A stretch of 64,000 nt of DNA from Minisyncoccota bacterium (GTDB lineage Bacteria; Patescibacteriota; Minisyncoccia; Phycocordibacterales; Phycocordibacteraceae). The stretch is from the NCBI GenBank assembly GCA_022841985.1, contig JALHQL010000003.1, positions 6,878 to 70,877 on the forward strand, in the 5' to 3' direction. A program made the position numbers and the translations under genes. The notes under the pieces were generated by a model. That model was given only the letters and a program-made list of their open reading frames with translations. It was not told where the DNA came from and did not search any database. This document shows positions 62,226 through 64,000 of the stretch, piece after piece; the first letter of the stretch is position 1, and the number at the start of each line of letters is the position of its first letter.

Positions 62226-63041
62226 ATGAAGCGATTCATCGTCTTGGATAAAAAAATGGGCGAAACACCACTTGCAGCTATCGGTTTGTGGAAAAGAGAG
62301 AACCCAGAATATGCTGACACGACAGCATGTTACGCGGGCCGCCTAGATCCGATGGCTTCGGGGAAACTCCTCATACTTCTCGGCGATGAGTGCAAACGAC
62401 AACGCAACTACACAAACCTAGATAAGGAATATGAGATTGAGATCTTGCTTGATGTCGGTAGTGATACAGGAGATGCGCTTGGCATGCCGGAGTATTCTCA
62501 CAAAGAAGTATTTGCGGAGAAAAGGAATATTACCGATCTTCTTCGTAAAGAGCTCGGCGCGCACTTGCGCGAATACCCTGCGTTTTCTTCAAAGACTGTA
62601 AATGGCAAGCCGCTTTTCCTCTACTCGCTTGAAGGAACACTCTCGCACACAATAATGCCGAAACACATCGAACACATATACCGTATTCAATGTCAGAGCG
62701 TGTACACTATCTCAACCACAGAACTTGAGACCAGGATATCGAAATTCCTTGCATGTGTTCCGCGCACAAATGAGCCATCGAAGAGGCTTGGAGAAAATTT
62801 TCGAGTAGAGACTATTCGTGCGTGCTGGACTACGCTTCTTAACACTATTCCGGAAAGAAAATTCACCGTGCTCCGCCTAACAGTAACGTGCGCGTCCGGT
62901 ACTTATATGCGCTCCCTCGCGAGTCGTATCGGTACATCACTCCACAGTAAGGCGCTCGCGCTTTCCATCAAGCGGACAAAGATAGGGACGTATACGCCGC
63001 TGTGGGGCGGCATAGGATTTTGGCTACGCACGTACCGTTAG
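62226..63041 (+). CDS. truB: TruB-family tRNA pseudouridine synthase
   Basis: Start taken at ATG 62226 (MKRFIVLDKKMGETPLAAI...). The track ORF 62139 extends upstream. The catalytic-Asp motif YAGRLDPMASGKLLILLGDE corresponds to HxGTLDPxAxGxLxxxxG. Confidence 0.65.
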   Translation: MKRFIVLDKKMGETPLAAIGLWKRENPEYADTTACYAGRLDPMASGKLLILLGDECKRQRNYTNLDKEYEIEILLDVGSDTGDALGMPEYSHKEVFAEKRNITDLLRKELGAHLREYPAFSSKTVNGKPLFLYSLEGTLSHTIMPKHIEHIYRIQCQSVYTISTTELETRISKFLACVPRTNEPSKRLGENFRVETIRACWTTLLNTIPERKFTVLRLTVTCASGTYMRSLASRIGTSLHSKALALSIKRTKIGTYTPLWGGIGFWLRTYR

Positions 63042-63964
63042 TCAAACAAAGAAATGAGATAGGTATCGATGATGCGCTGATCAAACGTGTGAAAATATGC
63101 ATTTGATACGTGGAGATCGGTCGCAAGCTTTACGCCGACGAAGCGCCAGTGCCAGGGTTCAAATATATAGTAGCCATTGTTCTTTGGATAAGAGAGGACG
63201 AAGCCGTAGCGATGAGCATTAGCGGTAACCCAAGCATAAGCAGGTTTTGTATCAAACCCCGCAAGCTCTCCACCCGTGCCGGTCGTAATGAGATCTACAG
63301 TGGTGCCAAGCTGATGCTCAGAATAGCCTTGCTCTGCAGAAAATTGGTTCGCCGTACCAGCACCATAGGTAACGGTGTATTGTCCTTTGAGCGATTTTTG
63401 ACTGGCAAATGAACGGTACGCTGAATCGACGTAGAGCTCGATACCATCAGCCTTGGCTTGATCAAGCATCCGCTGCAAGTAAGGAAGTACTTCTGGGATT
63501 ATTTGAAGCGACCTCGTCTCTCTGTAGACATAAGCGGGAGGAATGTCGACAAGTCGCGCGGGCGCATAGGTATCACTAAGAAAGAAGACTTTGGAATACT
63601 TTGTGAGAAGTTCCGGATCAATTTTACTTAATTTTTGCAAATCCGTAATAGTTCCGGTAATGGAGCCGACTTGACTTTTGACGCCGCCCAATTGCTCTTG
63701 AATGTTCTTCTTTTCTTGCTGAAGAGCATCTCCAAGTGACGTGGTCGCCTCCGCGATGTTGCCTTGCAAAAGTGTCGTGGTTGAAGCAAGTCGTGTATCA
63801 AATTTCGTATCCAGCTCTGCAACTTGTCTCGAAAGGGTAGTGAGGTGTGTGTATCCGTACCACGAGATACCGCTCACAAGAATAATGACAAACGTAAAGC
63901 CCCCGATCACAAATGACTCATACTGCGGCATTCTCCAGACTAATTTTCCGTTTTTTGCTACCAT
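63038..63964 (-). CDS. D-alanyl-D-alanine carboxypeptidase, peptidase M15B (VanY-like), membrane-anchored with a coiled-coil linker
   Basis: 308 aa. N-terminal TM helix and coiled-coil segment. The C-terminal VanY core is YRSFASQKSL...SEHQLGTTVDLI...FEPWHWRFVG (H-x-D, E, H zinc-ligand pattern). Confidence 0.7.
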   Translation of the reverse strand: MVAKNGKLVWRMPQYESFVIGGFTFVIILVSGISWYGYTHLTTLSRQVAELDTKFDTRLASTTTLLQGNIAEATTSLGDALQQEKKNIQEQLGGVKSQVGSITGTITDLQKLSKIDPELLTKYSKVFFLSDTYAPARLVDIPPAYVYRETRSLQIIPEVLPYLQRMLDQAKADGIELYVDSAYRSFASQKSLKGQYTVTYGAGTANQFSAEQGYSEHQLGTTVDLITTGTGGELAGFDTKPAYAWVTANAHRYGFVLSYPKNNGYYIFEPWHWRFVGVKLATDLHVSNAYFHTFDQRIIDTYLISLFD

Positions 63965-64000
63965 CGGTCCAGTATACCTTGATAGACTACGATAGAAAAA

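Overview
This 64-kb window looks like a contiguous piece of a small-genome bacterium. The compact overlapping genes, the unusually short PheS, PheT and UvrC, the many secreted hypothetical proteins and the GH130/PMM genes suggest a Patescibacteria/CPR-like organism. That is inference from gene content, not from a search. The standard genetic code fits all calls. Most genes are on the + strand. Confident housekeeping calls are uvrB, uvrA and uvrC (interleaved with tgt and secreted-protein genes), ddl, a cluster of six tRNAs (Ala x3, Val, Pro x2) with a decayed extra tRNA-Ala copy, a class I/II aminotransferase, mscL, ychF, leuS, mltG, mnmA, pheS, pheT, lexA, a Pif1/RecD-like helicase and pyk. 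Minus-strand blocks carry a GT2 glycosyltransferase, an FAD-linked oxidase, a beta-mannoside module (eukaryotic-type phosphomannomutase plus three GH130-like domains), and a DsbA/DsbB/PAP2/glutaredoxin-like group. The most unusual observations are: (1) a complete NUDIX hydrolase domain inserted into leucyl-tRNA synthetase just after the CP1 editing domain; (2) a 920-aa soluble FtsK/HerA/TraG-superfamily P-loop ATPase start-stop coupled to an 884-aa acidic protein with a central two-helix membrane anchor; (3) an ATP-cone::PD-(D/E)xK nuclease fusion next to a Cas4-like Fe-S nuclease; (4) a 2.5-copy 77-bp tandem repeat, each unit carrying a perfect 12-bp-arm palindrome, between an HTH protein gene and a membrane protein gene; (5) a secreted-protein family with a conserved N-terminal module, divergent C-termini and an in-frame C-terminal remnant, plus a GW-repeat secreted protein; (6) loss of the Zn-binding cysteines in TGT, loss of the editing and tRNA-binding domains in PheT, and loss of the HhH domain in UvrC. 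No CRISPR array, rRNA, transposase or integrase was recognised.
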